DNA of 64,000 nucleotides from IMG/VR virus record IMGVR_UViG_2772190736_000001, positions 1 through 64,000 of that record; one strand, given 5' to 3'. Positions 9,579 through 18,838 of this stretch are shown here, in pieces. Numbering within the stretch: position 1 is the first letter of the stretch; the number at the start of each line of letters is the position of its first letter. The position numbers were made by a program, and so were the translations under genes. The notes below the pieces were generated by a model. That model ran no database searches. It saw nothing but the letters and a program-made list of their open reading frames with translations, and had not been told where the DNA came from. The DNA comes from a virus. Lineage: Duplodnaviria; Caudoviricetes.

Positions 9579-9815
9579 TCAGGGGACGGCGGCAGTGTTC
9601 GACGCCACCCACTCGGCGTGCGCGACCAGGAGGTCGGAGTACGACACGTAGACGACGCCGCCCCACTTCTCGACGTCGAGCTTTCGGTCCCTCACCCAGC
9701 GGCGGAGCGTTGATGTCGAGACGTCGTAGCCGGTTTCGGCGAAAAGGACCACGGCCTCCTTGTACGTCACCAGGTCGGTGTCGAGCGGGCACGGCTGGAT
9801 GGTGCTGATGGCCAC
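9579..9815 (-). CDS. Small winged-HTH (MerR/excisionase-like) DNA-binding protein
   Basis: LVTYKEA...VSTSTLRRWVR. Confidence 0.65.
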   Translation of the reverse strand: MAISTIQPCPLDTDLVTYKEAVVLFAETGYDVSTSTLRRWVRDRKLDVEKWGGVVYVSYSDLLVAHAEWVASNTAAVP

Positions 9816-9960
9816 GTGGGCTCCCGGGTCTCGGCGGCCGTCGTTCGCAGCTCCGGCGGCCGATATACGGGTGTGATGCGGGTGCTGACGGGTGATCGGG
9901 AAGCCCCGTCAGGTGATGAGGGTGTACGCGCGGGCGACTATTAGACCCGTGAGGGGCCCG

Positions 9961-10506
9961 TTAGGTTGCACGGGCCGCCAGAAAGTCTCGCCGCTTGATG
10001 TGGTGGTGCGCGATCTGCTTGAGCGTCCACGTCGTGTGCTGGCCGTCGTCGTCCGCGCAGTACCGGTTGAGGCAGACGACGGTCTCGCTGACGCGGTCCC
10101 AGACGAGGCCCCAGGTGTCGCAGCCGGGGCAGGAGTGCCGGCGGACCGTCTTCGCGTCGCCCATGAGGATGGCGTGCTCGAGGCCCTGGCGGTACATGAC
10201 GATGTCGCGGGCCTGCTGGCTGACGGCGCTGAGGTGGGCGGTCTCCTCGACCATCCACCGGTAGACGGCCTGGGCTTCCGCGGGGGCCGGGCGGGCCGGG
10301 CTGGCGCCGTCGCGCAGGACGGCGGTGACTTCGACGGCCTCGTCGACGGCGGCGCGGATGTAGTCGTAGACCTCGAGGCGGATGGGGGCCGAGGCCTCGG
10401 TGGTGGTGGCGGTGCGCTGGGCGCGATGGCCGGCGCGGGGCGTCAGGTACTCGTCGTGCAGGAGGCGGAGGCGTTCCGCCGGGGTGCTGGTGTCCCCACT
10501 GTGCAT
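9961..10506 (-). CDS. Hypothetical protein with C-terminal zinc ribbon
   Basis: CPGC...CLNRYC. Confidence 0.65.
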   Translation of the reverse strand: MHSGDTSTPAERLRLLHDEYLTPRAGHRAQRTATTTEASAPIRLEVYDYIRAAVDEAVEVTAVLRDGASPARPAPAEAQAVYRWMVEETAHLSAVSQQARDIVMYRQGLEHAILMGDAKTVRRHSCPGCDTWGLVWDRVSETVVCLNRYCADDDGQHTTWTLKQIAHHHIKRRDFLAARAT

Positions 10507-10731
10507 GCTGTCCCCGTCCGCTGTGCGGCCCTCGCGGGCGCGGGTGCGTGACGGGGTGCCAGGGACGCGCGCCCGGGGCCGGAGTTACTCACTCCGGGTT
10601 TGTTCCGGACGCCCCATCGTGGCACAGATGGGGCGAGAGGTGAACGCGCTGTGTTCGGATCGATCAAGTCGGTGATCGACGTTGCCAGGGGTTCTCCCGG
10701 TTAGACCGCAATGTCTATCGGCATATGCGAT

Positions 10732-11079
10732 TCACACGTGCTCGGGTGCGGCACGCATGTCGTCGAGCATGATGCGGAGCTGCTCCCACTGTTCGTGGCT
10801 GACGATGTCCTGGGCACGGGCGCCGTCGACGAGGAGGATCACCGCCTGCATCGTGGTGTCGAAGGTGCGCGCGGTCGCGGGGTCGGTGAGGCTCCCGCCG
10901 TCCGCAAGGAACATGCTCTGGATGGTGAGGGCGAGTTCGAACGCGGGTCTGGCCGGGTGGGCCGGCCCGGGGTCGACGGCGACAGGCCGGCGGCGTCGGT
11001 GCGCGAGGTGGATCACGGATCCTGCGCCGGGACCGGGCGGGCCGGCCTGGGGCACGGGGGCGTGTTCGGCTGAGGGCAT
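10732..11079 (-). CDS. Hypothetical protein (start uncertain)
   Basis: C-terminal half has coding-like bias. Confidence 0.45.
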   Translation of the reverse strand: MPSAEHAPVPQAGPPGPGAGSVIHLAHRRRRPVAVDPGPAHPARPAFELALTIQSMFLADGGSLTDPATARTFDTTMQAVILLVDGARAQDIVSHEQWEQLRIMLDDMRAAPEHV

Positions 11080-11455
11080 CGGGGGCGTCTCCGCTCCGGG
11101 CAGCTCGGGAAGGGTCCTTGGTCCGGGACTCCCCAGTCCGGGCCTCGGTTCCGAAGCGACTGCCTGACACTCCGGACTGCAAGGTTGCACTGCGGTTGGC
11201 CCATGTGGCCAGGATCTGGTTTGTTTTTCACACCACTCTCACCGCCCAAACCATAGCGTTCCAGCCATAATGTCCGCCGTTTGGCCGAAATCGGTACGGA
11301 AATCGGTCGGTGGCATGAAGAAACCCCCGCAGTCCTGGGTCGGAGTTTTGCCGACAACAACCCGGTGGCCTGCGGGGGCCAAGAGACCTCACGGGCACGC
11401 CCGTCAGATGACGGTGATTGTAGCCGCGGACCTCGCCACGGGGGTAGACCTTCAG

Positions 11456-12535
11456 CTAGCTCGCTGCGGCCTGGGCGGCCTGCAGGTGCGCGAGCAGGAT
11501 CTGCTGCTGCTCAGGCGGCATCCGCTGGATCACGATGCCCGCCACCGCCGCGCCGTCGTTCCACGGGATCGGAAGGCCGAAGGCACGAGGCTGCTCCGGG
11601 CGCTGCTCCGCAGAAGAGGACTCTGCCGTACGGACAGGTTCGCTTGGCTCGGGCCGGGGGTCAGGGACGGAGGTGAGGGGCTCATCCGGGGCGGGGGAGC
11701 CTGCCGGGTTCATTACGTCGTAATGAACAGCCTCGGACTGTGTCGACGGCGTCGGCTCTTCCCGCGGTGCGGGGGACGGCTCGGACCGTGTACGCGCCCG
11801 TACGGACTGCCGGGCTTCCTTGGCCGCCTTCTGCTCGGCTTTCAGCCGGGCCAGCGCCGACTCCTGTTCCTCGGCCGGCTTGCGTCCTACGGCGCGCAGG
11901 TTGCTGGCGGACTCCTCGCCCTTGACGAGGCGTTCCTGCAGCTCGGGGGTCAGAGTGAGCAGACCGAGGCGCTGGGAGATCCATCCCTGGCTGCGGTGAA
12001 GCCGGGCAGCGAGAGCTTCCTGGTTGCCGTGGACCTCGAGGAGCTGTTGCAGGGCGCGTGCCTCGTCGAGGGGATCCAGGTCCTTTCGGTGGACGTTGGC
12101 GACGAGCGCGGATTCGAGGAGCTCGTTGGGGTTGGCGCCCAGCTCGTCGTCGACCATGACCTTGATGGTCTTCAGGCCGGCTTCCCGAGTGGCTGCCAGG
12201 CGGGAGTTACCGTCGATGACGACGTAGCGCGTCTTGGGCTCGAGCGTGTCCGCGCGGCTGGGGTTGGCCGCTAGATAGGCCTCGCGGGCCATGATGGAGA
12301 TGGCGGCCTTCTGGCCGTGGTCGCGCAGGCTGGCTGCGAGGTCGGTCAGGTCGCCGAGTTCGCTGCGGGGGTTGTCGGGGTTGAGGCTGATGTCCTCGAC
12401 GGGCAGGTGGGTGATGGGCTGCGGCTCGTCCTGAATGCCGAGGGCACGGTTGAACTCGGCTCGGCGGTTGCTGCGGGCGCCGGCAGCGGCGCCGAATGCT
12501 GCGGAGGGGCCGAGGGTGGCGGCTTTCGAGGTCAT
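11456..12535 (-). CDS. parB: ParB-family partition protein
   Basis: ISLNPDNPR, LAASLR, IDGNSRLAA, ANVHRKDLDPLDEA, HTH; overlaps parA stop. Confidence 0.92.
   Translation of the reverse strand: MTSKAATLGPSAAFGAAAGARSNRRAEFNRALGIQDEPQPITHLPVEDISLNPDNPRSELGDLTDLAASLRDHGQKAAISIMAREAYLAANPSRADTLEPKTRYVVIDGNSRLAATREAGLKTIKVMVDDELGANPNELLESALVANVHRKDLDPLDEARALQQLLEVHGNQEALAARLHRSQGWISQRLGLLTLTPELQERLVKGEESASNLRAVGRKPAEEQESALARLKAEQKAAKEARQSVRARTRSEPSPAPREEPTPSTQSEAVHYDVMNPAGSPAPDEPLTSVPDPRPEPSEPVRTAESSSAEQRPEQPRAFGLPIPWNDGAAVAGIVIQRMPPEQQQILLAHLQAAQAAAS
11709..11727. promoter_or_regulatory. parS-like palindrome inside parB
   Basis: TTCATTACG-t-CGTAATGAA. Confidence 0.6.
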
Positions 12536-13695
12536 GCCGTCACCTGCTTCGCGATGTCTCGCATGGCTTCCGACTGCTCGCACGCGGGGGCGTAGGACAG
12601 CAGGGGCTCCTTCCTGCGGACGGCTTCTCGCTGCTCCTTGAGGTCGTTGATGACCGCGAGGACCGGCGGGTCGCCGAGGTTGCGCCACTCGGTGAGGGAC
12701 GAGGTGGCGATGGCGCCGCGGCGGCTGTCGTAGAGGTTGACGACGAGACCGAGGTAGTCGACTTCGACGCGCAGGTCGGTGCAGAGATCTCCTATCTGTC
12801 CGGCGAGCATCCCGTAGGCGGTGGCGGAGGAGTCCTCGGCGAGGACGGGAATGACGACGCCGGAGACACCGGCCGGCTCGCCGGTGCGACGGCGGCCGTA
12901 GTAGAGGGCCGCGTCCATGGCGATGCCGAGGCTGGGCGGGCAGTCGACGACCATTACGTCGTAATACGGCTCGACCGCGGCGAGCGCCAGCTCAAGGGCG
13001 CTTTCCTTCTGGAACCCTCGGACTTGGACGGCCTTGACGCCGACGCGGGCGTCGAGGAGGAAGCCGTCGAAGCAGGACGGCAGCAGGTCGAGGTTCTTAC
13101 CGAAGCGCGGGTCCTCGATGGTGACGATGAGGTCGCGGAGGTCGCCGTCGGTCTCGCCGCACATGTGGGCGATGAGGCTGTCGTGTCCGGGTGGGATCTG
13201 CTCGATGCCGAGCTGGTCGGACAGGTGGCCTTGCGGGTCGTAGTCGATGAGGAGGACCCGCTTGCCCATCTCGGCGTAGGCCTGGGCGATGCCGGCGGAG
13301 ATGGCGGTCTTGCCGACGCCGCCCTTCTGGTTGCAGACGATCTTCCGCTCGGGGATGCCGCCCTCGGGCCGGTCTCCGGGGGACGGGTTGACGTCGAGCC
13401 AGCGGCGTACGGCCTGGGCGAGGCCTTGGATGAAGGAGACGCCGCGGTCGGTGCAGGTCTCCTTGAAGGCGTCGTAGAGGCCGTACGGCAGCCAGGTGCT
13501 GAACGAGTCGGCACCGGTGGTGTCGACTGTGCTGGAAGACGCGGGTGCCTCACGCCAGTTCATGACGGCGGTGGTGACGGCGTCCTGGATGTCGAGCTGC
13601 AGCTCGGCGGCGCGGACCTTGAGTTCTTGCTTCAGCGCGGGCGGCAGCTTCGACGCCACCTTCTCCCTGTCGCTGGGGAGGTTTGGGGATGCCAT
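12532..13695 (-). CDS. parA: ParA-family ATPase with N-terminal tandem RHH-like extension
   Basis: NQKGGVGKT deviant Walker A, IDYDPQG, VDCPPSLG. Confidence 0.93.
   Translation of the reverse strand: MASPNLPSDREKVASKLPPALKQELKVRAAELQLDIQDAVTTAVMNWREAPASSSTVDTTGADSFSTWLPYGLYDAFKETCTDRGVSFIQGLAQAVRRWLDVNPSPGDRPEGGIPERKIVCNQKGGVGKTAISAGIAQAYAEMGKRVLLIDYDPQGHLSDQLGIEQIPPGHDSLIAHMCGETDGDLRDLIVTIEDPRFGKNLDLLPSCFDGFLLDARVGVKAVQVRGFQKESALELALAAVEPYYDVMVVDCPPSLGIAMDAALYYGRRRTGEPAGVSGVVIPVLAEDSSATAYGMLAGQIGDLCTDLRVEVDYLGLVVNLYDSRRGAIATSSLTEWRNLGDPPVLAVINDLKEQREAVRRKEPLLSYAPACEQSEAMRDIAKQVTA
12953..12965. promoter_or_regulatory. parS-like palindrome inside parA
   Basis: ATTACG-t-CGTAAT. Confidence 0.55.
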
Positions 13696-13770
13696 GGCGT
13701 CACCTTACTGACTCCTGAGGGTTTGGGATGCACCCGGTGTCGGAAATGCGCGTGTCCCCGCCCGAGCCCG

Positions 13771-13884
13771 GTATTACGTCGTAATACGAGGACGCCCGCG
13801 CTGCAGCACGAACTCCCTGTCCTTGCCGCCGAGCTGCGGCTCGGCTCTCAGGTCGGGGCGGGCCGTATTACGGCGTAATACGGC
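13771..13884. promoter_or_regulatory. Two parS-like palindromes upstream of parA (13771-13787, 13862-13884)
   Basis: GTATTACG-t-CGTAATAC and GCCGTATTACG-g-CGTAATACGGC. Confidence 0.7.
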
Positions 13885-13943
13885 TGGGGGCAGCCGGGAG
13901 ACACAGGTGGCAGACCCTGCTCGGCTTGCTGCGGCAGGCCCGA

Positions 13944-14747
13944 TCACGCTGCGCCGAAGACCTGCCGGGGCTCCTGGCGCCCGGTGGCCTGCCCGCTTCG
14001 GGCGTACAGGCGGGCAGCGTGGATGCTGGCCTCGATGCCGGCGGCGGGCTCCTTGGCCTGTTGCAGCTCGAGCTGGGCCAGATACTCGGAGTGCTCCTCG
14101 GGCGGGAGCCGGCGGGCGACGAGCGCGGCGTCCTGCCGGGCGCGCGCGGCCTCGACACGCTCGGCGAACTCCGTGAGGTTGACGGGCTCGCCGCGGTGCT
14201 GCTGGTGGGCGGCGAGCGCCCGGCGGTATCCGTCTGAGGCGGTCTCCCGGGTCCGGGCGGGCGCCGCGGCGGGTTCCGTTGGCGGCGATGACGTCCCATG
14301 GGCGGGTGCGCGGTCGAGGGCGGCAACGGGAAGCACCTTGAGCGCGCGGACCGCATCGGTGCCGATCTTGTCGTTGATCTGGCGGCAGAGCTGTCCGCCG
14401 AGGAGTCGGAGCTGGACGGCGTAGGCGTCGGATCCGGGGCGCAGGGCGAGGACGCGACGGTCGGGGTCATAGGCGACGGCCTGGATACGGCCGTCGTACT
14501 GGGGGCAGAGCTGGGTGAACTGGTCGAGGATGCTGCCGCCTTGGACGCCGGCGGCCCAGCCCTGCTCGGCACTGAGGCGGGTCAGGGTGGCGCCGAAGGT
14601 GACGGGGTCGCGGCCGTCGGATCCGCGGCGGGTCCCGGTGCGACGGGTGGGCTTGGTCGGGCCGGTGCCGGGGCGGCGGCCAGCCTTGTAGGCGGCGAGG
14701 GCCTGGCGGGCGAGGTCGGCGCCGGAGGTCTGCGGGGTCTCAGGCAT
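13944..14747 (-). CDS. DciA/DUF721-like protein (putative helicase-loading factor)
   Basis: SGADLARQALA, GRDPV, GW, SDAYAVQLRLL resemble actinobacterial DUF721; directly downstream of rep. Confidence 0.72.
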   Translation of the reverse strand: MPETPQTSGADLARQALAAYKAGRRPGTGPTKPTRRTGTRRGSDGRDPVTFGATLTRLSAEQGWAAGVQGGSILDQFTQLCPQYDGRIQAVAYDPDRRVLALRPGSDAYAVQLRLLGGQLCRQINDKIGTDAVRALKVLPVAALDRAPAHGTSSPPTEPAAAPARTRETASDGYRRALAAHQQHRGEPVNLTEFAERVEAARARQDAALVARRLPPEEHSEYLAQLELQQAKEPAAGIEASIHAARLYARSGQATGRQEPRQVFGAA

Positions 14748-16116
14748 AGGTGGCGTCCGTCCAGGTGCTGTTGAGGCGGATGGTGGTGGAGGCATCGAGG
14801 AGGGCAAGACGGACAGTCTCGGAGCCGTAGACCGCGCGGGCGCTGTCCTCGCCGGCGGTTGCGATCCAGGCCCGGACGAGCTCGAGGTTCCGTCGTCCCT
14901 GGAGACGCATCTCCTCAAGCTCGTCAGCGGTCAGATCGAGGGTGATGTCGCCTTCGACGATGGCGTCGCCGTCCGCCTTGGTGTCCTGCTGGGTCTGCAG
15001 GCGGTCGAAGCTAGGGGCTGCCCAGTCGCCGTCCTGGGTGAAGGTGCCCGTGGTCTCGAGGGTGGTGTCGAGGGTCGCCTGGTGGGCGGCATCGAGAGTG
15101 AGGGCAGCGTGGATGTACGCGACGGGGTTCTTCGGGCGCCAGCCCAGGCACATGCCGGTGAGCTCGTCGGCGATCTGGTGGCCGTTGAGTCCGCGGTCGA
15201 ACAGGGGCCGAAGGACGTGAGCGAGGCGCCGCAGCCGCCGTTCGCCCTGAGTCCAGTTCACCAGGGCACGGACGATGCGGGTCTGCTGGATCTCGTGGGC
15301 TACCTGAGCCGGAGTGCGGCGCTGGGTCCCGCTGTTGCTGCTGGTCTTGTTGGTCGAGGTCGAGGGGGATGCGGTTCTGCGCGCGCGCTTGCGCGTCGTG
15401 TCTGTAGAACCACCCACTACCTGAACCTGAACCTCTTCCTCTACCAAGTACAGGGAAGGGGGCTCACAGGCGTCCGAACCAGCGTTGTCCACAGGCCGGT
15501 TGTCCACAGGGAGGGCGGGGCGCTGGGCGAGGGTCCGGGCGGTGTAGCCGGTGCCGATGATGCGGTGGCCCATGGCGTGGTCGTAGACAGGGGGGATGGT
15601 GGCCGCGTAGACGGTGGCGGTGCCCGCGTACCCGCCGAGACCGAGCTTCCTGCGGACGTTCGTGCGGGTGCCGTGGACGACCCAGGCGAGGGCGCCGAGC
15701 TCTCGCAGGACCGCGATGTGCCGCTTGATCGTGGCCTTGGAGACGCCGATGCGGGCGACCATCTCGTCGAGGCAGTAGCGGACGTGCCCGGTCGTGTAGT
15801 CCATGCGGTCGGCCAGGTCGTCGGCGACCCGCTGGGTGGTGGAGTTGGCGCCGCGGTGGAGGCCGACGCTGATCAGCCAGGTGACGACGCGACGCCACCG
15901 ACGGGGGCCGGTACGGCGGGCAGAGGTGTGCTCGAGCTCCTGCCCGGAGCCGTGCACCGGGGCCCAAGTGAGGCCCTGAGTGCCGTGCGGAAGGCCCTGG
16001 GTGCCACCTACCGGGGGGGAAATAAGCCGCGAATCGCCCGTGCGGGCGTGCGGAAGCTGACAAGACGGTACGGCGTGCTGCAAGATGTACTCGCTTAGGT
16101 CGAAGGGCCGAGGCAC
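14740..16116 (-). CDS. Putative replication initiator (HTH Rep); start uncertain
   Basis: HTH (DEMVARIGVSKATIKRHIAVLRELG); internal DnaA boxes; adjacent to dciA-like and parAB. Confidence 0.65.
   Translation of the reverse strand: MPRPFDLSEYILQHAVPSCQLPHARTGDSRLISPPVGGTQGLPHGTQGLTWAPVHGSGQELEHTSARRTGPRRWRRVVTWLISVGLHRGANSTTQRVADDLADRMDYTTGHVRYCLDEMVARIGVSKATIKRHIAVLRELGALAWVVHGTRTNVRRKLGLGGYAGTATVYAATIPPVYDHAMGHRIIGTGYTARTLAQRPALPVDNRPVDNAGSDACEPPSLYLVEEEVQVQVVGGSTDTTRKRARRTASPSTSTNKTSSNSGTQRRTPAQVAHEIQQTRIVRALVNWTQGERRLRRLAHVLRPLFDRGLNGHQIADELTGMCLGWRPKNPVAYIHAALTLDAAHQATLDTTLETTGTFTQDGDWAAPSFDRLQTQQDTKADGDAIVEGDITLDLTADELEEMRLQGRRNLELVRAWIATAGEDSARAVYGSETVRLALLDASTTIRLNSTWTDATYA
15485..15508 (+). 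promoter_or_regulatory. Two tandem DnaA boxes (TTGTCCACA) inside rep; putative origin
   Basis: TTGTCCACA at 15485-15493 and 15500-15508, the Streptomyces DnaA box consensus; lower-GC tract nearby at about 15400-15460. Confidence 0.6.
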
Positions 16117-16142
16117 ACGAAAGCCCCGCTTCGGTGGGTGCT

Positions 16143-16310
16143 GGTTCCGCGAAGAACCTGAAGTCGCTCGAACGCTTGAGCCTCGTCGTCAAACGAGACT
16201 CGGGATTCGGGCCTTAGCTCGAAGCGTCAACTTCGAGCCGTAGGAAGTGGCCGCGACGGTGCGTCAACACCAAGCGGCCGGCGGTTGAGGATGAGCCCCC
16301 GTCAAAGGGC
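16143..16310 (-). repeat. Array of 4-5 hairpins with a shared hexaloop (TTGACG on minus strand)
   Basis: CGTCAA loops at 16187, 16225, 16262 and 16300 closed by unrelated stems; variant CGCGAA loop at 16148. Confidence 0.7.
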
Positions 16311-16336
16311 ACAAGCGCCTCCCGCCTAGAAAGTCG

Positions 16337-16759
16337 CTACGTCACTTGATCCCCCTCAGTGGGTTTCTTCTGCTGCCCCGCGGTGGTGTGGCGCGGGAAG
16401 TCTTTCGTCCAGCCGTAGCCTTCGGCGAGGTGCTGAATCACTGGGCACGTTTCGTGGTCGTAGAAGCGCGCCTGGTCGTTCAGATCTCCGTCGTGGTCGT
16501 AGGCCGGGCAGGCATGACCACGGTTGCCGTGGAGCTCAACGAGTCTGCGGTCGGAAGCGCACCGGCGCAGGATCATGGTCGGACCGGAGCAGTCGCAGAC
16601 CGCGCCGGGGACCTCAGCCGCCATTTGAAGAGTCATGAGGCTGGTCAGACTCAGCGCGTGAACTTCACACTCTCGGTCGTGCCAGTTCGTCACGGTCTGT
16701 TCGGCCTGCATGATGGCGCGTTCCAGGAAGGCGACTGGCTCGTCGGCCTGGGCGGTCAT
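16337..16759 (-). CDS. Hypothetical protein
   Basis: ORF track; LRRC...R.LVELH and CP....LA..YGW pattern of phage proteins. Confidence 0.55.
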   Translation of the reverse strand: MTAQADEPVAFLERAIMQAEQTVTNWHDRECEVHALSLTSLMTLQMAAEVPGAVCDCSGPTMILRRCASDRRLVELHGNRGHACPAYDHDGDLNDQARFYDHETCPVIQHLAEGYGWTKDFPRHTTAGQQKKPTEGDQVT

Positions 16760-17214
16760 CGCGTGGTGGCGGTAGAGGTGGTGTGACCCGTGCTCGCCGG
16801 TGTGATCTTCACGGCGGAGCGGAGGGTCCCACTGGTCGCGCCCCAAGGAGGGCGGCTACTCTGACGCACGTCGGTACGTCCTTTCATGCATGGGCGGCGT
16901 GCCGACGAGGCCGGCACCTTACTTAGCGGTTGTGTGTCGGCCACGGCCCCGCTCCCACGCTTGCCGGCGTAGGACTTCAGCGGGGCCTTCGCCCTTTCCG
17001 GGGCCCCGGCCAACTGGTGCTTCGGGCCGCTCGTGTGTGAGTGGTCGTCTGGCGCCAGGCGCAGCCTATCTGTTGGGCTCGCCACTAGGCCACCTTCCTT
17101 CCGGATCCGTTCGGCTGTGTCGTACGAGCCGACTTGTCATCAGATATCCAGGTCATCGGACAGTCGTGCGGATCCCCGGCGGTGTCCTACGAGAACTCAC
17201 ACTAAATAAGTCGT

Positions 17215-17622
17215 TCACGCAGCGATCCGGCCTGTCTGAGGAGAAGGACCGAGCAGCAAAAAGGAAGTAGGGGACTCCCGGGCGGTGTCGAGGTCGAGGA
17301 CCTGGCCATCGCGGATGGTCCGACGGCCGACGCGGCCGGCGGTGGCGGCCGTACGGCAGACGCCGCATCGGCATCCGAGGTGGTTGTAGCGGGACTCCCC
17401 ATGTGGTGTCCCATCCCGTCGCGCCTGGCGGCCGCGAACCTTCGCGACGTCGAGGGCCGCGGCGAAGGCCTTGTCGGTCTGGGCTCGGCGCGGGGGGACG
17501 TTGTAGTGGACGCCGACGACAGTTGAGGCGTTCTTGATGGTGGCGCCGGCTGCGACTTCGTCGAGGAACTGCTGGCGTACCTCGGGGGTGAATTGCGCGG
17601 TGCGGCCGCGACCCCGGGTCAC
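17215..17622 (-). CDS. HTH plus Cys/His-motif protein
   Basis: FTPEVRQQFL..VAAGATI..A; HG...Y...GCRC..CR. Confidence 0.55.
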   Translation of the reverse strand: MTRGRGRTAQFTPEVRQQFLDEVAAGATIKNASTVVGVHYNVPPRRAQTDKAFAAALDVAKVRGRQARRDGTPHGESRYNHLGCRCGVCRTAATAGRVGRRTIRDGQVLDLDTARESPTSFLLLGPSPQTGRIAA

Positions 17623-17993
17623 GGGTGCTGCCGGATGGGGTCGGTGTCGGCGGGGTGGACGGTGGTGAGGGACCGCCCGGTTTGGGCGGCCATGACCTCG
17701 TACCCGGCGTCCGCGAGCGCGGCCCTCAGTCGGCGGAGTCCGGCCGCGTCCCACTGGGGTTGTTCGACGATTCGACCGAGTCGGTAGCCGACGGCGAGGG
17801 CTTGCTTCCAGACGCGGTCGACGGCTTGCGGGTCCAGGTCGGGGAAGAGGAGCTCGGGGAGTTTGTCGGGCTGGCCGACGACGTGGAGCTCGGCGGTGTT
17901 GATGAGGCCGGCGAGGTACTCGCCGTGGGTGGCGGCGCGGTCGGCGAGGGCCTGGTCGACGTGGGCCGCGGTGGTGTCGGGGTGGGCGGTCAT
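17619..17993 (-). CDS. Hypothetical protein
   Basis: ATG coupled to upstream stop; GGAGG RBS. Confidence 0.6.
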   Translation of the reverse strand: MTAHPDTTAAHVDQALADRAATHGEYLAGLINTAELHVVGQPDKLPELLFPDLDPQAVDRVWKQALAVGYRLGRIVEQPQWDAAGLRRLRAALADAGYEVMAAQTGRSLTTVHPADTDPIRQHP

Positions 17994-18838
17994 GCGGCTC
18001 GGGCCTCCAGGGTGGTACGGACGGGCAGGAGTAGCGGGACGGGCCGGGCGGCGGCCGCGGGGCGGACGACTGCCAGGTGTCGGCGCGGGGCTGGGATGCG
18101 CGGCGCCGGGTGCGGGGTGCGGGGGTAGTCGGGCAGCCCGGGGATCACGAGCTGCACGGGGCGGTCGGGGGCGAGGCGGCGTTGGCGGGTGCCGTTGGTG
18201 TTCGGGGCGGCGGCGACCGGCCAGTGGCCGTCCGGTACGATCCGGGCCCCGGCCGACAAGAGACCGTGGTGCTGGGCGGCCTTCAGGAGATCGGCGCGGG
18301 TGGCGGTCTCCTTGTCGAGGCCCAGGAGCGTGCACAGCACCGCGCGGTGCCAGTTAGCAGTCCTCAGGTCCATCCCGGCCCGGTAGGCGACGAGTTCGGC
18401 GTCGGTCTCGCGGGCGAGCGCCCTCAGCACCGCGCGCTTCGTCGGGGACCCGGCCTCCGCGATCCGCTCTGCAGGAACAGGGGCCCCCGCCTGAGCGGGC
18501 TGGGTGGCGCGGCGGGTGATGAGCGCCCGGTGCCGGTCCAGAGACCGCTGCCCGCCCCAGATGCCGTCAGGCTCGACGAGCCCGCCGCCCGGGATCTCGG
18601 TGGCGGCGTACGACCGGCACGCGGCGAGGACGGGGCACCGGCCGCAGATCTCGATCGCGAGCCGCTGGTGCTCCAGGCGCTCGGCCGGCTCCTGGCCGCC
18701 GTCGACGGTGGAGCCGCCCCACGCGTCAAGCGGCAGGTCGGGGTCGGCGGCGGACTGGGTGGGCTGGTCCGGGTCGGGGGCGCAGCCGCGGTAGGCATAG
18801 TGGCGGTGCTCGGTGAGGTCGCGGTAGGTGGTGCTCAC
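17990..18838 (-). CDS. Second, divergent WhiB-family regulator with long C-terminal extension
   Basis: RGC...ICGRCPVLAAC...GIWGG. Confidence 0.8.
   Translation of the reverse strand: MSTTYRDLTEHRHYAYRGCAPDPDQPTQSAADPDLPLDAWGGSTVDGGQEPAERLEHQRLAIEICGRCPVLAACRSYAATEIPGGGLVEPDGIWGGQRSLDRHRALITRRATQPAQAGAPVPAERIAEAGSPTKRAVLRALARETDAELVAYRAGMDLRTANWHRAVLCTLLGLDKETATRADLLKAAQHHGLLSAGARIVPDGHWPVAAAPNTNGTRQRRLAPDRPVQLVIPGLPDYPRTPHPAPRIPAPRRHLAVVRPAAAARPVPLLLPVRTTLEARAA

Noticed and set aside
16143-16310. Possible mini-CRISPR array
   Set aside because: Only 6 bp are repeated, the period is 37-38 bp, and no cas genes are present; kept as a hairpin array instead.
17215-17622. Possible terminase small subunit
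   Set aside because: The HTH pattern is suggestive, but the gene sits among early genes with no large subunit nearby; not enough support.
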